A stretch of 64,000 bases of DNA, taken from the NCBI RefSeq assembly GCF_016433145.1, contig NC_058130.1:631537608-631601607 (forward strand), read 5' to 3'. This DNA comes from Gracilinanus agilis (taxonomy: Eukaryota). The notes under the pieces were generated by a model. That model was not told where the DNA came from and made no database searches. It saw nothing but the letters and a program-made list of their open reading frames with translations. Shown here one piece after another: positions 63,251 through 64,000 of this stretch. Made by a program: the position numbers and the translations under genes. Positions within the stretch are counted from its first letter, which is position 1. The number at the start of each line of letters is the position of its first letter.

Positions 63251-64000
63251 TCCTAGGTATCACATGATAGCTCTTCAAATACTGGAAATCACCTGTCATC
63301 TTCCCACCCCACCCCCACCCCCTTGAGTCTTTTGTTCTCCAGCTAATTATGAGGCATGAGCTCAAGATTCTTCACTGTCCTGGTTGAGATTCTTTGGACA
63401 TTCTTCCTGCAATGTGGTACCCAGAACTGAACACAATACTCTAGATGTCATTGAACTAGTACACAAAGCTACTAACATCTTATTCTTCAATGATTTCTAT
63501 GTAATTTTAAATCAGATACAAATGACAACATTAGACATGCAAAAATATGTGCATAGGCATTATTTTGCAGGTGTAATGTATCTGCCAAAAGGGAGATTTG
63601 TGTTATACTGTCAAAAAATAGGTCTGCCTTTAATGCTACTCCAATTACAGTTCAAATTATGATGAAAAAAAATGTGAGTGGAATCTTAAAAAGACTACTA
63701 TTCCCACTTTGACAGATTTATTTATTTATTTTTCCTTTGGATGGGGTAGAAGTAATTAGTGATGTCTAAGTCCCATTTGTGCAGCTCTTTTAATTATCCC
63801 AGGTTGCTAACACCAATATACTGGCAGTGATGCTATACGACTGCAAATTAGGGAGCACCACCATTTCAGAAGAATCAAAATTACGGAGACTTAAATGACA
63901 ACGAAGAGATGAATCATGGTTGTAAGTAGGATGTCACATATTACTAATGAGGATTTGCATGAAAGAGATGATATAAAAAACATATATGACCAGAAAAGGA

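Noticed and set aside
31700-64000. Exons of a downstream gene (e.g. PDP1) or a processed pseudogene
   Set aside because: No recognisable coding sequence found on either strand; small or UTR exons cannot be excluded by eye

Overview
Eukaryotic, AT-rich, repeat-dense mammalian DNA. The SINE families (SINE1_Mdo/MAR1-type CORE-SINEs, RTE-tailed SINEs) point to a marsupial, most likely the opossum Monodelphis domestica (inference). The first ~31.7 kb hold the 3' half of TMEM67 (meckelin/MKS3) on the + strand. There are 15 GT-AG coding exons (1245-1350 to 30395-30475) that splice into one open 1576-nt frame, matching human exons 14-28 as recalled (524 aa plus TAA), followed by an AT-rich 3' UTR with several poly(A) signals. 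The remaining ~32 kb is intergenic, with no other recognisable coding exon. It is a mosaic of SINEs, L1/L2/L3/RTE relics, a solo LTR, hAT and Tigger MITEs, two assembly gaps and a few repeat-free patches with regulatory-looking motifs. I found no convincing new multi-gene system. The best second-look items are: (1) a ready-made cryptic cassette exon in antisense MAR1-type SINEs inside TMEM67 introns; (2) a convergent L1 pair able to fold into long dsRNA in intron 26; (3) a GC/CpG-enriched patch built on old LINE sequence in the last intron; (4) an enhancer-like unique segment with a perfect 16-bp direct repeat at ~45.1 kb; (5) an unexplained perfect 28-bp inverted repeat 1.24 kb apart at ~49-50 kb. 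Repeat family names come from recall of consensus sequences, and many repeat boundaries are approximate; both need RepeatMasker/Dfam confirmation.
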